From positions 1,550,001 to 1,614,000 of the forward strand of contig CM068756.1 in assembly GCA_035084275.1 (NCBI GenBank): 64,000 bases of DNA. The letters are read 5' to 3'. The DNA is from Hydrolagus colliei (lineage: Eukaryota). Below the pieces are notes generated by a model. The model worked only from the letters and a program-made list of their open reading frames with translations. It had not been told where the DNA came from and ran no database searches. Positions 12,167 through 25,042 of this stretch are shown one piece after another. Within the stretch, counting starts at the first letter, position 1. Each line of letters begins with the position of its first letter. Made by a program: the position numbers and the translations under genes.

Positions 12167-15100
12167 ACATAAACCCAGAAAAAGAGAGAGAAGAAAGAAA
12201 GAAACAGATAATTGAGCCACAATAGAAGAGATTTCCTGAAACTCAATGTGAACCGCCCTGCTATTTATTGACGATTATTACCAGTCAAAGGTTTATTTAG
12301 TCTTGGTACAAAACTAGTATCTGTACTTCATTATTGGACTGCTACAAGACACAAACGCAAATGATTGAGAGAGCATTGTTTGGAGTGGTCCTGTTGCCAA
12401 TTTCTCACTGTGAACAGTAGAACATGGTAACTGCAGATTTCTCTCCCCCTGGGAGTTCACCAAGCTATAATCTTAGGGAGTAATGTTCTGTCTGAGAGAA
12501 GCCACATATTAACCGTTGAATGCATATTCATCATGAAATAACATTCGTCTTAACTGGGCGCCAAAGTCTACAACAGCAACTTACATTTATATCGCGTCCC
12601 TCATGCAGGGTAGCGTCCCAGAGCACTTAATCTAATTAAAGTACTGTATGCGTAATAATGAACCATAACAGGAAAATCCTCTGATCATGGAGGCTGCGAC
12701 ACAAACAGTCATTAAGCAAAGCTTCAATATTGTACACCATACTGTCGCTTAAGTGCAGCCTCCCTCCCTCCCTCTCTCACTCCTAACTCCCACGATTTAC
12801 ATGCCCCACCGCCCAAACAAGCCACCATTCCATTGCTCTGACCCTCTTCTGCATATTGTGTCTGCCTCTGCGTATTAGGAGTCCTGCTGTGTACTGGTTA
12901 GAGTATCGCCTCGCTTTACCCTGAACAGCACCTCCCTGAACTTGAGCCATTTTCAGCCCAGTTTGACAACGTCATCACCTGTATGTCAGGCTGAGACTGT
13001 GTAAGTGGAACCTGTTGGTGTGGGTTTCACAGTGAACGCCAGGACCAGAGCGTTCATCGTTGAGGCATTAATGTGTTCTGAATACATCTGAGAGTGCGGA
13101 GCCACTTCACTTTGATTGCTGGATTGTACAGCCTCATATTTGCCACTGGCACGCTTGTGGCCTTTGGATGTAAACGCAAACTCTATCCCACTCTCATTTT
13201 GCCAGCTCTTCCATGCCAAAAGACCTGTTGGTGTGTTTGATTCTGCCAATGAGCAGAGATGGTGGAACTTTCTGCTTCACAACCAATGACAGCATCAAAC
13301 GCTGACAAGCATGCACCCCCATGGCATGTCTGATCTCCAGACCCTTTATTCTCTGGCCTCACATTAGAGCAACTGTGCTAAATTAGTGTAAATTGCTGAG
13401 AATTCAGGGCAAATTTTATGCAGCAGACTCGTCCACTGGGAAATGGAATGAGACTGCCAGAAGTAATTTTACTGGTGATCCCTGCCAGCCACTAGAGAGG
13501 AGAGCATTTCTTCCCTGCTTTCTGGGCTCGATTCAATCTCAGTTCCCAGAAGTATAGATTTTTTTTTATTTTAGAAATCTGTATGGTTTCTATTAAAAGT
13601 GACAAACAAAAACTACTGTTTTATGTGACCGGGAACGTTAAACCAAGCCTGGGAGAGCGGCTAAGAGCAGACACAGAGCATTGGCTGAAACAAGAACACT
13701 CTACTGAAAAATAAGAAAGTCATGTGCTACATTAGAAACTGTGTTGTAATTCCACTGCCAAGGTTTGCAACATGAGAGAATACAATCCTGAACATTTTGC
13801 AAGGGGAAAAACAAGACACAAAATACATTCAGCCGCATGAATATTTAATAAAACGCTGCCCCTTCCGTGGGCCCTGTTTAACGCAAGAGTTCCAATTAGA
13901 TATTCTGTACAACTGGAACATGCGAGCAGCTTTCAGTGTGACAAGGTTATGTGTGCTAGAAAGAGAGGCGCAGAACGGTAGGGAATTAGAAGTAAACAGT
14001 AAATAATCTCCACAGTTGACAGAGCGCCTCATCGCATCATCGAGACGTCTTAGAGGGCTGCACAGAATTTACCATAGAGTGTAGTGATGGTCTGTTTTGT
14101 AGGCAAAGTTGGTAATGTCATAGCACATGTCCATGTATATTATAGATATATATTTATATTCTCTGTCTCCCTGTATATATACTTTATATATAAAGAGAGA
14201 AATTTCATTAATTGAATATGGATTATTCAATAGTGTGCTTTATTGAATAGAATTTAGAAATCATAAACCATTTGCCTGCCAAAAACTAGGAATATAGATG
14301 GATTAATTGAATAGCGGATATATGGATAATTCAGTTTATTGAATTCATCTGAACCTCTCTTGTAATCTTGTGCCATGTGTAGAATTATTAATTCAATGAC
14401 TTATCACTCACCCAGAGGCATAACTTTTCCTCCATACCATACATGGGTTATCAGTCACACAACAATCAGGAAATGTTGGTGCCTCTAGTTTAAATTCTTG
14501 GTGATATTTACACCTTGTGTAGAGTAATCATAAACTACTCTTGTAAAAAGCCTCTACAACCAAATGTACATACTAGGTTTGGATAAGGAGGGTTCCCTTA
14601 AGCCTTGTTGACCTGCCGAGTGGTCAACTTGACTTATTGGGCTGCTTCCTCAGTGACTGATCTTCTGTGAGAGAACCCATCTAGGTGATAACTTTCTTCT
14701 ATTTGACAAAGGGTCCAACAGTCTCAACTGCTGACCTGAACTTGTCCATGGGAGAATTTAGTTCATTAATGCCATATAGAAAACAAGATACATTTGAAGC
14801 GATTCCAAACCTATGATTTCAGTTTGTATTTAGACAAGTGTTACAAACTGATCAAACCTCACTGTCACGGTCTGCAATGTCCTCTCCACCCGTCCTCCGA
14901 TCACTATTTATCCCCTCGCAGGCATACACTGGGCTCTATATGATGTGTTCTCCCTATTGAAAATACCGCAAAGTCATGGCATCTGAACAAACAGTAAGAC
15001 ACGGAAGATGGGAACCAGATGAACACAATTTAGAACACAAATAATAAAACCTTTCAGTGGAGCACAATGCAAAACCGAACAGAACATTTGTAATAAAATG

Positions 15101-17010
15101 ACTCCTTTCCATAGAATTTTTGTTGCCTGAGGATATGGTACTCACTGGCAATGCAATTTTGGAGTTCTGCTGGCCGCATGAGATGGAGTTTGGTGGGCTC
15201 CGTGCTTAGTGTGAAGGGGTACGTCTGGGCTCAATGAAAAAATGAAATTGATGGAGCTGGGTGATGAACCCAGATGGCTGGACTAAACGTTCTTCTCTTA
15301 TTTCCCCCAATGAAATGCCCTTCGGAGAGCGACATTATTGAACCCCCCATAGTTGCCACACTGTTCCATTCAAATGTTAGCCCAGGTTTGCTTGTTCTCA
15401 TGGAAAGTTATGTCCGGGTTGTGAGTCAAACTCCAGAAATTCACAGTCAAAGGAGGCCTTCTTTCTAAATACATGGAGAATAAGTATGGCTCAATTAATA
15501 TCATGACAAATATCACTGCCAAAAAGTACAGTTTGTCCTTTTACACTTGCAAGGTCAAGGTTTAGAAAATTTTATCAGATTAGTGAGTTGCAAACTATTT
15601 GCCTTGAACAAATCTCTCCTTATCTTTCCCTTAAATTATTAATGTTTTCACAGCTTTTATGTCTTATCATGATCGGTTTTGAAATATCTGTGTGGTGTCC
15701 CTGCTTTCCTATTGCTCCCCGGAAGACTTGCAAGAAGAAACAAGCTGCTTTGAAAAGCTTTTTGCTTTGTGATGCACAAACAACTGTTCCGACGAGGACT
15801 GTCAGAATGAGTTTCGATGATATGATAATGATTTTAAAAAATTAATAACCATGACAGTAAGAGATGCCATTAATCCTGCCATTTTTTCCTTTGCCAGAGA
15901 AAGCCCTCTTTGTCAAAACAAGTTAACATGCAAACAAAATTCTGTTGTCTTTCCAAATGTTTTGCGTGTAACAATTTTGTTTTTACATCAAAATATGAAG
16001 CAGCAATCTTTTTGGATGGGTTAAAATATGTTACGGTTATTACAAGAAAAATTATTTCACAAATGATAGCCCAGACAATCAATCCAAAAGACTGCAGCCT
16101 TTTGGAAACAAGTCTCATAGCCATAATTCAGAGTCAGTGATATAATGTACACAGTGCGAAGGCAGGAGTTTGCTCGGTGTCACAAAAGTCAACGCACTGG
16201 TGGCATGATGTGCACCAGTGACTATGTTTCAGTTAAGGATCACTGCCGTTTTGCATTGAGGGCAGTCTCCAAATAACCATGAAAAGTAAACTGATGAATC
16301 AGGCTGGATCCAGTGTTGTAAGTATATATTTCAGTTTTTTGGGGGAATAAACCCCTCCCAAACTGTATTCAGATGTTCACTTAGAGTTCAACAACAACAA
16401 CATAATGATATTTGTATAGCACCTTTCACATCAGGAGGCAATTCAATAAGAGGCAAATATCAATGTAGAGGTTGTTTATTCGGTGTACTTTATGTAGAGG
16501 CAGACGCGGGTGCTCCTTCACTGATCATTTGCTAGATTTCTTCTTAACCCTTTAATGAATGAAATAGCATTTCTTTGCATCCAGTTCAAGACATTAACAA
16601 CAGCACCAAAAACAAATTACGTTTGTACAGCCCCTTTCTTAGATTTTTATTCTGAATGTTTTTGAATTAAAGGATTTCTCTGCTAAAACTAAAGTGACAT
16701 ATTTTGTGGCTATTAATTTGTTTTTAATGCTTATCAGATAGATCATCAACATGGAACTATGATTCATTCTGTGTGTTTTAATTTCCTGTACAATGCTTGG
16801 AACACCTGTGTCAATTGATCTGTGCAAAAAGACAGCATGGGACCTGTGAGGTTTGAAAGTTGGAAAGGTCTTTCAGCTACTAAAAGGTTAAGTTGTCTAG
16901 AACGGACATCTGGATCATTGTGTGTAGAATGATTACAATTATAAGGCATGTTATAATGCTGGTTTAGTGTCTTTGAAGAAAAGACAAGGGCGAATTTGTG
17001 TTTCTTCCAG

Positions 17011-17087
17011 GTGCTTTGCTGCTGAAGCAGAAGGAATTTCGCCACTTGTTTCACTGTTAAAATCAAACACCATCAAACAGACGAAGA
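17011..17087 (+). CDS. Candidate internal exon of an unidentified spliced gene (CFAAEAEGISPLVSLLKSNTIKQTK)
   Basis: Good acceptor TTTGTGTTTCTTCCAG, one stop-free frame, weak donor AGA|GTAACG. Phase-compatible with candidate exons 12929-13000 and 18123-18151. No recognised homology. Confidence 0.25.
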
Positions 17088-18367
17088 GTAACGCTGCCTG
17101 CACTTTGCTCTATTTGCATTCCTGTAGCTATGTTTATCCTTTACTTTTTGCAGCGAATTGTTGGCAAACGTGCAAATGCCCCATTAATTAATTCATGAGT
17201 TAATATTTTATCCAGGTGTAGAAGTGAATAATTAGGGGGAGGAACATGAGCCAAAATAGGGAGGGATGGGAGTGGGGGGGCAAAAAACAAAGTGGCTGAT
17301 CAGGATCAATCAGCCTGTTTCCTTCTCAAAGTCCTGACAGCAGGTCACTGCAAGTGAATGAACCACATGGAATATTTTTTTTGTGTCTAATGAATCTAAA
17401 TTTCCAAAATCGATGCCTCCCTGCCTCTTGCCCTTCTCACAACGTTTCCACAAGTTCCCGGTTGCATTGAACAAAGATGGTGGATTGGCAGAACAACCCT
17501 TAGTTTCAGCTCACACTGATTTTGCAGCTTCTGAATCTTTTGGAGAGTTATTTAAGGCAGTTGATTGTCAGATGGAGGTTTGTTCCCACCCATATAAGTT
17601 TTCAACATTTGGTATAATAATGTAAAAAAGGGTAAAAGCTGCTTATAATAACAAAAGAAACTACAAATGACCCTCAAGTTTATTTTAATAGAATAGAATT
17701 GATGCCCGTGTTTTGAACTATTGTTTTTTTCTCCCCAGATTCAGTAAAATTCTTATCAGCATGACATTTGTAAAATATATACAATATACAAATATATAAT
17801 GTACAGCTGGGGGAAAACAAGGGGCACCCATTTCAGAAAGTTTGATCCCATCGTATTAGCAAGAAAACCTTAATGAGGCAAATGCTCTGTGGTCTGTTTG
17901 CCACTGAAGTCATGGAAGAAACCAACGCATAACTTGACAAACTTAACTTAGCACTTTAGAAAATAAACTGAATTGGAACAGTTTATTTTCACGGGACACT
18001 AATAATGCTCTTAGAGTACAGAGCAATCTTATTCACAGTAATTCACTGAGCATGACATTTTTCTCGGTTTGCGATGCTGTCATTTACTGCCCTTTCTCTC
18101 CTTGGGTTGGCTTCTGCTGCAGGTTCTGTCAGCTCTTTGTCCCTCAATCAAGTGAGCTTTCCCTCATCACTCCTACATACCCACTATTCTGCATGCAGTA
18201 AATACTGCGTGTGCTATTTGCCAATGATCAACCTTACGAAATGCACAGTGATTTAGAAAATTAAATTGAATTCTCACGTCCATCCTCTGTTGGGCCCCGT
18301 TTTCAGACAAGCAAATTACTGCTACAACTTGTTTCACTTGAGGAGTGTGAGCTACTTCCAAAGCTCT

Positions 18368-18510
18368 AAATAATAATAATAATAATCCTTGCCTTTGATA
18401 TAGCATCTTATCACTTCTTTGAGATGTCTCAAAGCGCTTCACAGAATATACTGTAGAGTGAATTGACTGTCTATTTTGTGGGCGAAACTCAGCAGGCAAT
18501 CACGCACAGT
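18368..18510 (-). mobile_element. Deu-domain SINE, 3' part
   Basis: (AAT)n CCTTGCCTTTGATATAGC...TCTCAAAGCGCTTCACAGAATATACTGTAGAGTGAATTGACTGT, the reverse complement of the SINE tail. Confidence 0.9.
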
Positions 18511-21500
18511 TTGTGCTCATGATGAATAAACGAAGCTGGCACACAACAAAGCCACTAAGCACCCCCAGATTCACTGTTAACCATAACAACTTGATTTGAT
18601 TATCTCCCAGGAAGACATCATTCCTCAACAATGTCTCTTAGTTCATAATTACAAAACATAACTGTTTACATTGTGGTGTTCTCCTCTACAGAGTGAATTC
18701 ACTATAGAGTAATTACAAATCAGGGGGTTATAGGACACAGTGCCTGGGCACACCATATTTTCCTCTGTTATGGTCTGTTATGGACTAATTGAAACTACCT
18801 TGAGGATCCAAAGCCAACGCAGTGAAACTATAACTTGAGATTCTTCAAGCATCACTGGTGCATGACATGCTGAAGAGTTGCAAATAATTCGAAGGATATG
18901 TTTACATTTTACTCCCTGAGAGCTAAAAGTGCTTGGTTTTCATCCACTGATGTCAGCGAGGTAAAATATGGACACAGCATGAATTTTTCCACAGGCTGAA
19001 AGTTATTGTTCAGAACTCAGTAAACTCTCTCCTAACATTGTTGTTGGATGTATATAAGGATCTGAGCATACTTCAGCAGACCTTTGACATTTTAAACCAT
19101 TATTCCTTATGGGAAAGGAGCACTGGGCATGGGATTCCAGTGATATCACAAGGGGTATCAAGAGCCTCCTCTAGAGGATCAGAGTAGCATGGAGACGAGG
19201 ATTGGATATGAGAGAATCTATCAGAATGTACTGTAGTCTGGTCTGATTAGGACCATCTGTGTTAGCGGTTACACCCTTGGGTTTAAGTTCAATAAAAATG
19301 GAGGGAAGCCTCAGCCATGTTGGTGAGCTGTACTAGCGATATAAGTAGGCGACTGTCTGTGTTCTTGTAATATATGTGACTTCAGCCAAATGGGAAAACA
19401 AAACTACAATTCTCAACAGAAAAAAATCACGGACTCTAAGTCCTCAGGTTACAGAAATAACTTCTCGGTTTGGAATAATGCCCAAAAGCTTTTGGGCTGA
19501 AGGCATTACAACCTACTCCCTTTCACTTCCACAACCACTTGAACACTATTTGATAATAAAGCTTTAAAAAGAAGTGGGTGTTTGTAATGCTGGTTTAAGT
19601 GCAGGAGAAAAGAAAACGTGTGTCAAATATTTCCACTGTAGAATCGACTGCTATATTTCCAACACAAAAGGACTTAAAGTCAAATCACTCACACATATGC
19701 ATGCCACAAAGGTGCCTGCCTTATTGAGTAACTTTTGCCTATTCTTAGTGGGGCTTGAATGTACAATGTTGTGGGGTGGATGAGTCTGTCTCTGGAACCT
19801 TGAAAACACATTCATGCTGGGAAAGGCTACATCATTACATTGAGTGGCAAGAAAGGAAGGTTGGGGAGTTAAAGAAGGGAACTGAGATTGATCGCTTCAT
19901 TTTACATAAAACTACCTTAACTCACCAAATCCTGTATAAACTCCACTTTTTTTTTCAATGAAGATCATTTCTGAAGCGACTGATTGTAAAATTGAACAAT
20001 AAAAAAAGGTTGCACTTTATCATAGAATGCAGTAGACAAGTATTGATCATTGTTGAAGGATGCAGTTATGAGCCAGTGACTGAAGGTTATTGTGTATAAG
20101 AGTACATCACAATGTTGCAGACATTACTACACACTCAAGGACTCATGAAACTTGAGGGGCAATAATTTACTCCAGCTTTAAACTAGTCACAATATCTTGT
20201 TTTACTGTGGTCTATGAGTAGAGAGATGCCTGTGCTTCATTGCACCAACTGTCCACTCTTTGAAGTTGGCTTCACTCAATGAAAAACTGACATATTCTGA
20301 TGACTGTAAGTTGTAAACACTATTTGGGTTCTTTAGCTGATCATGTATAATTTTCTAGAATAAAGGGTACAAACTTCTTATTTTCCTTCCTGTTGCAGAA
20401 ACCACAGCATCCAGTCAACAAGCACACAGAGGCCAAGAGGAATAGGATAGTCCAGTCATTGATTTCCTTATAGTCAGTGCCAATGTTGCTCTGTGATTAG
20501 GTGAAGGGATATATGGATCCTGATAGTTTTCCTGTCTGAAAACCTGGCACAAAATGACAATCAAGGGTCTATGAAGCTCAGTTATGAACTCCAGCTCTTT
20601 GGATGGGAGTCTGGTAACCAAATCACATTATTACACTCATTTCTGTATTTTTCCATCTTTAATAAAGGACGGCAATAATACTGATACTGTCACTTTCACC
20701 TCATTTTCCTTTGAACTGTAGATTATGTTTCTCAAATGGCACAAAACGCCCAGTTCAACTGGCAAAGAGTTAAAGAGGCAGTAAAATTATGTAACATGAT
20801 TACACTGACTATAGGAAAAATTATAAACTGCACAAACATGGAAAAATCCATCAGACATAGAAATCATATGTAATTATAAAACTTTATTTTGTATTTGGCA
20901 GCGGCCTCATATGGAAATATTTAATCCTTAGGTTTAAAAAAAGCCATCGACTTTTCTCCCATATGTAAAGAATCTTTTCAATTAACGATAATTTTGCTCA
21001 ATTGAATGCCAACCCCGCTTTGCTTATTAAAAAAAAACTGCTGGAGTTTTCGTTGTCATTATTAAAAGACAGGGAAATGTAACCAGGTGGTAAACAATAA
21101 TGGGTTTCAACATTTAAGAGAGTTCCTGACTGTAAGCTGCTACGATGAACCTTAATTGTAACTAAGACTCCTGAATGTACAACGACCATGTTGCTTAGTG
21201 GCATTGGGAGGGTGAATTTATCAACGGCCTTGTTAGAATCTAATTTCTGATTATCAATTAATTCCTCCCAGATTTTCCCTCTCTAAATTCCCCATCAGTG
21301 TCCTTGTACCAGAATACATTCACATGGTATATAATGATCCCTGATGACAACATTTTTGCTGCAAATGGAATTTTTCCCGCCTGGCGGTTCCCAACTGAAT
21401 TTCTATGGACTAAATATTTTTGTGTGTGACTGGTCTACTTGCCGAATTTGACAGATTTTAATAGATTTTCCAAAAAAGATTTGCCCACTGTCTTTACCAT

Positions 21501-21539
21501 GTGCCACTCTCACTGGCCCTTTCCTTTAGCGCATCACAA

Positions 21540-21727
21540 AAAAAACCAATAATAAATTGATCATTTCAATCCACGACTGTTTGTGGGACACAGCTGTGTG
21601 CAATTGGCTGCCACGTTTCTCCCATAAATACACAGTCATTTCACTTTACAGTATAATCTGTGAAGCACTTTGAGACGTCTAGAAGATGTGAAAGCACTAT
21701 ATCAAATGCAAGGATTATTATAATTAT
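21540..21727 (+). mobile_element. Deu-domain SINE, 3' half
   Basis: CATTTCAATCCACGACTGTTTGTGGGACACAGCTGTGTGCAATTGGCTGCCACGTTT...TTTGAGACGTCTAGAAGATGTGAAAGCACTATATCAAATGCAAGGATTATTA. Confidence 0.9.
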
Positions 21728-24700
21728 CACACTCTGCCCTGCCCTGCCGTTTTGAAGGTTGCTTTTGCTTCACAGATATCCCATTTGTCAGAATAAGTGC
21801 CTTTAAAGTTTGACTTCCAATTCAACTGTCTTATCGCCACTAGGTGCTCAGAGAGCCACGCAGGCCTGAAATGTTGCAGTTGGTGTGAAAAGAAGATTGA
21901 AAACAAAGTGGAACTCAGTTCAATGCTGTCCAGCCATCGCTGAGTAGAAATCAGAACAAAGCCTTGCGCTGGTTAAGGGGTTAAAACACAACTATTGTCA
22001 GGACATGAAAGGGTTCGATATTGAGTGGGTCCAATCTTGTACAAGGTTGCAATTACAGCTGAAGTATGCCACAGAAGGAACGGTTCTATCAGATTCATTA
22101 AATGCAGACGGCCATTATTTCAAAAGCAACTGGCTTAACATCCTGCTTCCAAGATGTGTTCAGATGTTACATGCTGCACAGGGAGCAGGACTGGAGTAAT
22201 CACACAGGAATTTCAGTCCATGCCCATGTGAGCGGCAGTACCCAGTTGTTGCATGTATTTATGGTAACCAGAACACTAGTTGTCACTCCCAGTTTTCTCT
22301 GACCGCATGTCTTTTCCTGTCTGCTATGGTGCATCACTTGTAGACCGCAAAAGAGCTGCAAAAACACAGAGCATTGAAAACAGATGGCTGTGGCAACCAG
22401 CTGCTGGTGTCTAAGCATGGGACTTTCAAACTACAATTGCTCACAGGACTTCCATCTCCTCACTACCCACCCACCCCCTTCCACCTTACTAACCCCCCCC
22501 CCCCCCCCCCACCCCACTCCACCCCCCATATCCCCCCCAAAAAACCCTTTCAAAGAATAACATATCTGATGGTCATTTTGGAAGACTTTGCTAGCTTTTA
22601 TTGTACTGATACGATCCCTTTATTAATTGGAAACTTTTGTTGCATTCAGACCCCTTCATCCTTTGTTACAGCCAACCCCACAACCAATGGTTAAAAAAAA
22701 AGGCAGACTGGACCAATGTGTGACTGTGCTTCCGTAGGTTACACAGAACATTATACTGGGGTCAAAGGGGCACCAGTGGAGGTGGGGAGGTGGGGAGGGA
22801 AGCTGGGAGGAAGAAGCAAAATTGGATTGAGTACAGTACCCAGTTATGTTAATAAGAAAGGAGCTTCCAATTTATTGACAAATTCTTGGAATATTTTTGG
22901 TGAGATGTTCCATTATCCTAGGACAGTTTGCAGTGACTGTTTCCCCTACTGGCTGAATCAAGGTCCTGCAAGTTTCATTTGTTCGATCAAGTTGAACAAT
23001 CATTTATGGGGCGATTGAGGGGTGGGTGGGGAATTGATCTTGTGGGATTTCTGGAATAAGATTTTAAAAACAATATACAGTACAAAACTTTCCACGCAAG
23101 CCTGCTGCCTAAATGTTACTATTCTTATGGAAGCTGTTAAGAAAGTTGGATCTCTGAATGCACACACATAATTGCAGTGCAATGCAGTTCATGAGGCTTA
23201 AGAGGCAAAGATAGATGAAATATCTATGCTGTCTACTTATCTAAATTATTTTTGACTTGCAGTAGACAAATTTGTTCATGAGTAAGTGCTGAGAGTGACC
23301 TCCTAAATCTTCATTTTGACCCTCTCAAGTGTAAGGAACATGGGGTCAGAAGAACTCTCACTTTTCAATTGTTAATGTAAGTACCGACATTCAGATCAAT
23401 ATTTCCCTGACACAGGTAACACTTTACACGTGCTGCAAGTCTGTGCTGCACAGGATTCTTGATCGTTCCTTCCAACTGCAGTATAGGGATGCACGGTTAT
23501 TAACTGTAGACGCAGAAGGAATAACTCTTATTGAACCGGCAAGTGAACATGGCTCCCACACAGTGCGTTGGCAGAGGTTTTGGAGAACAGCCTGGGAGCA
23601 GTTAGAAGAAAGATGATAAATATTCAAACGTCACTGAAGATTGAGAATTGATTTAACAAAAGCTCACTCCATATTTATTTTTGCTCTGCAGACCTAAATT
23701 ATAAACTTCTCATTGAATATGATTAATTGTCCAGTTCCTGAATCAAGTACATTTGCTGGCAAGCGGAAACGTATACTCAGCGCACCTTTTTATCTGACCC
23801 ACAATTACTGGTGTGTTGTGCTAAAAATATGGCTGACCCTCAGGTCATCGGGTTGCCGCTATCATTTTCTGTGCAGGAAGTGACATAACCGGTGACCTGG
23901 TGATCTGGAAGTCAGACATTTCTAAAATGTGGGAGGTCAGCTGGCTTTCTGTGCACATGCTCAGTGTGCCAACAGGCTCTCTCATGTCTTGGTCAAGAGT
24001 GTTTGCGGATTGGAATTTTACGGACACCAACTATTGCCTTATGACAGGGTTTTATTGCATTGTTTTCTTGTTGTATCACATCGACCGTGGATTTCGATAG
24101 CCAACTTCCTGCTGAGCTTTCAAAGCTCAGCGGACATGAGAATAAATTTGAATAAGATTTGATGAAACATATGCAAGCGATTGAGGAGAATAGTATCGGA
24201 TGTACGTAGTGGAGCGGGCAGATGGACAAAGACAATAATAGCTTCCAACACCCCAGAGAATTAAAATAAAATCTGATCGGAATTTTAAGATTTTACTGAG
24301 GATTGTCTCAGAATCATGAAAGAAAGGCAAAAATCCTACAAAGTTTAGTTGTTGGAAAAAATGTTCTAGGCCTTCATTGCTGATGACACCATGGAGTTTG
24401 ATAGGACACATCCAACTAAAACAATCTACAAAGACTCTAAGGCATCCTTTCTGCCTTTTTATATTGCAGCTGCCTCAACGAGGACTCCATTGCTGGAGCC
24501 TGATGTGGAATCTCCCTGGTTACCCAGCGAGGTTCCCATTTTCTGGCTGTGGTCGTCCCCTGATCTCCAGGGAACACATGTACAGGCCAGCAATGCAAAA
24601 AAAAACCTGCAAGCATTTATAGTTGGTTCTGGCAGCAGCATCACTGCCTCTGTGGAGGAACCGTGAACAGCAGCTCCTGAGCTAGCCCTCGGCAAAAGTA

Positions 24701-24899
24701 TTTCTGCAACAGAAGTACGTCACTCTGGATGCAATGTACCTCTGGAGTTCCCACAGGCCAGCCTGATGTGTTTCCAGTTATTGGCAAGCTTCCCCGTTTA
24801 CGTCCTGGGAGTACTTGTTAAATAATATTAGAAATTGTTTTGGTTAAGACTCTGACCCGCATTTACTTTGTTGTCGGTGTGTGATCGATAGATACCTGG

Positions 24900-25042
24900 G
24901 ATGTGTAAGGATAAAATAGATGCTTTGGAAGTAAGGGTATTCAGGGATATGGAGAAACAACGGGAAGTGGGATTAAAACATCTGTCAAAATTTGGTGGAT
25001 TAGGCTGTTTTGGGCCAAACCTTACTCCTCATATCTCTATGT
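24900..25042 (+). mobile_element. CR1 3' end remnant
   Basis: AAGGGTATTCAGGGATATGGAGA...GGGAAGTGGG...TGGGCCAAACCTTACTCCT fits the CR1 ORF2 end (KGI.GYG) plus 3' UTR pattern. Degenerate. Confidence 0.45.

Noticed and set aside
16967-17191. Armadillo-repeat gene assignment (EGISPLVSLLKS...SNAACTL)
   Set aside because: It superficially resembles one ARM repeat, but I found no further ARM exons and cannot match it to a specific gene. It is kept only as an unnamed low-confidence exon.
18869-18896. Hammerhead-ribozyme-like CTGAAGA...CGAA core (also CTGATGA at 50778 and 55750)
   Set aside because: The required GAAA box and flanking stems I and III are missing.
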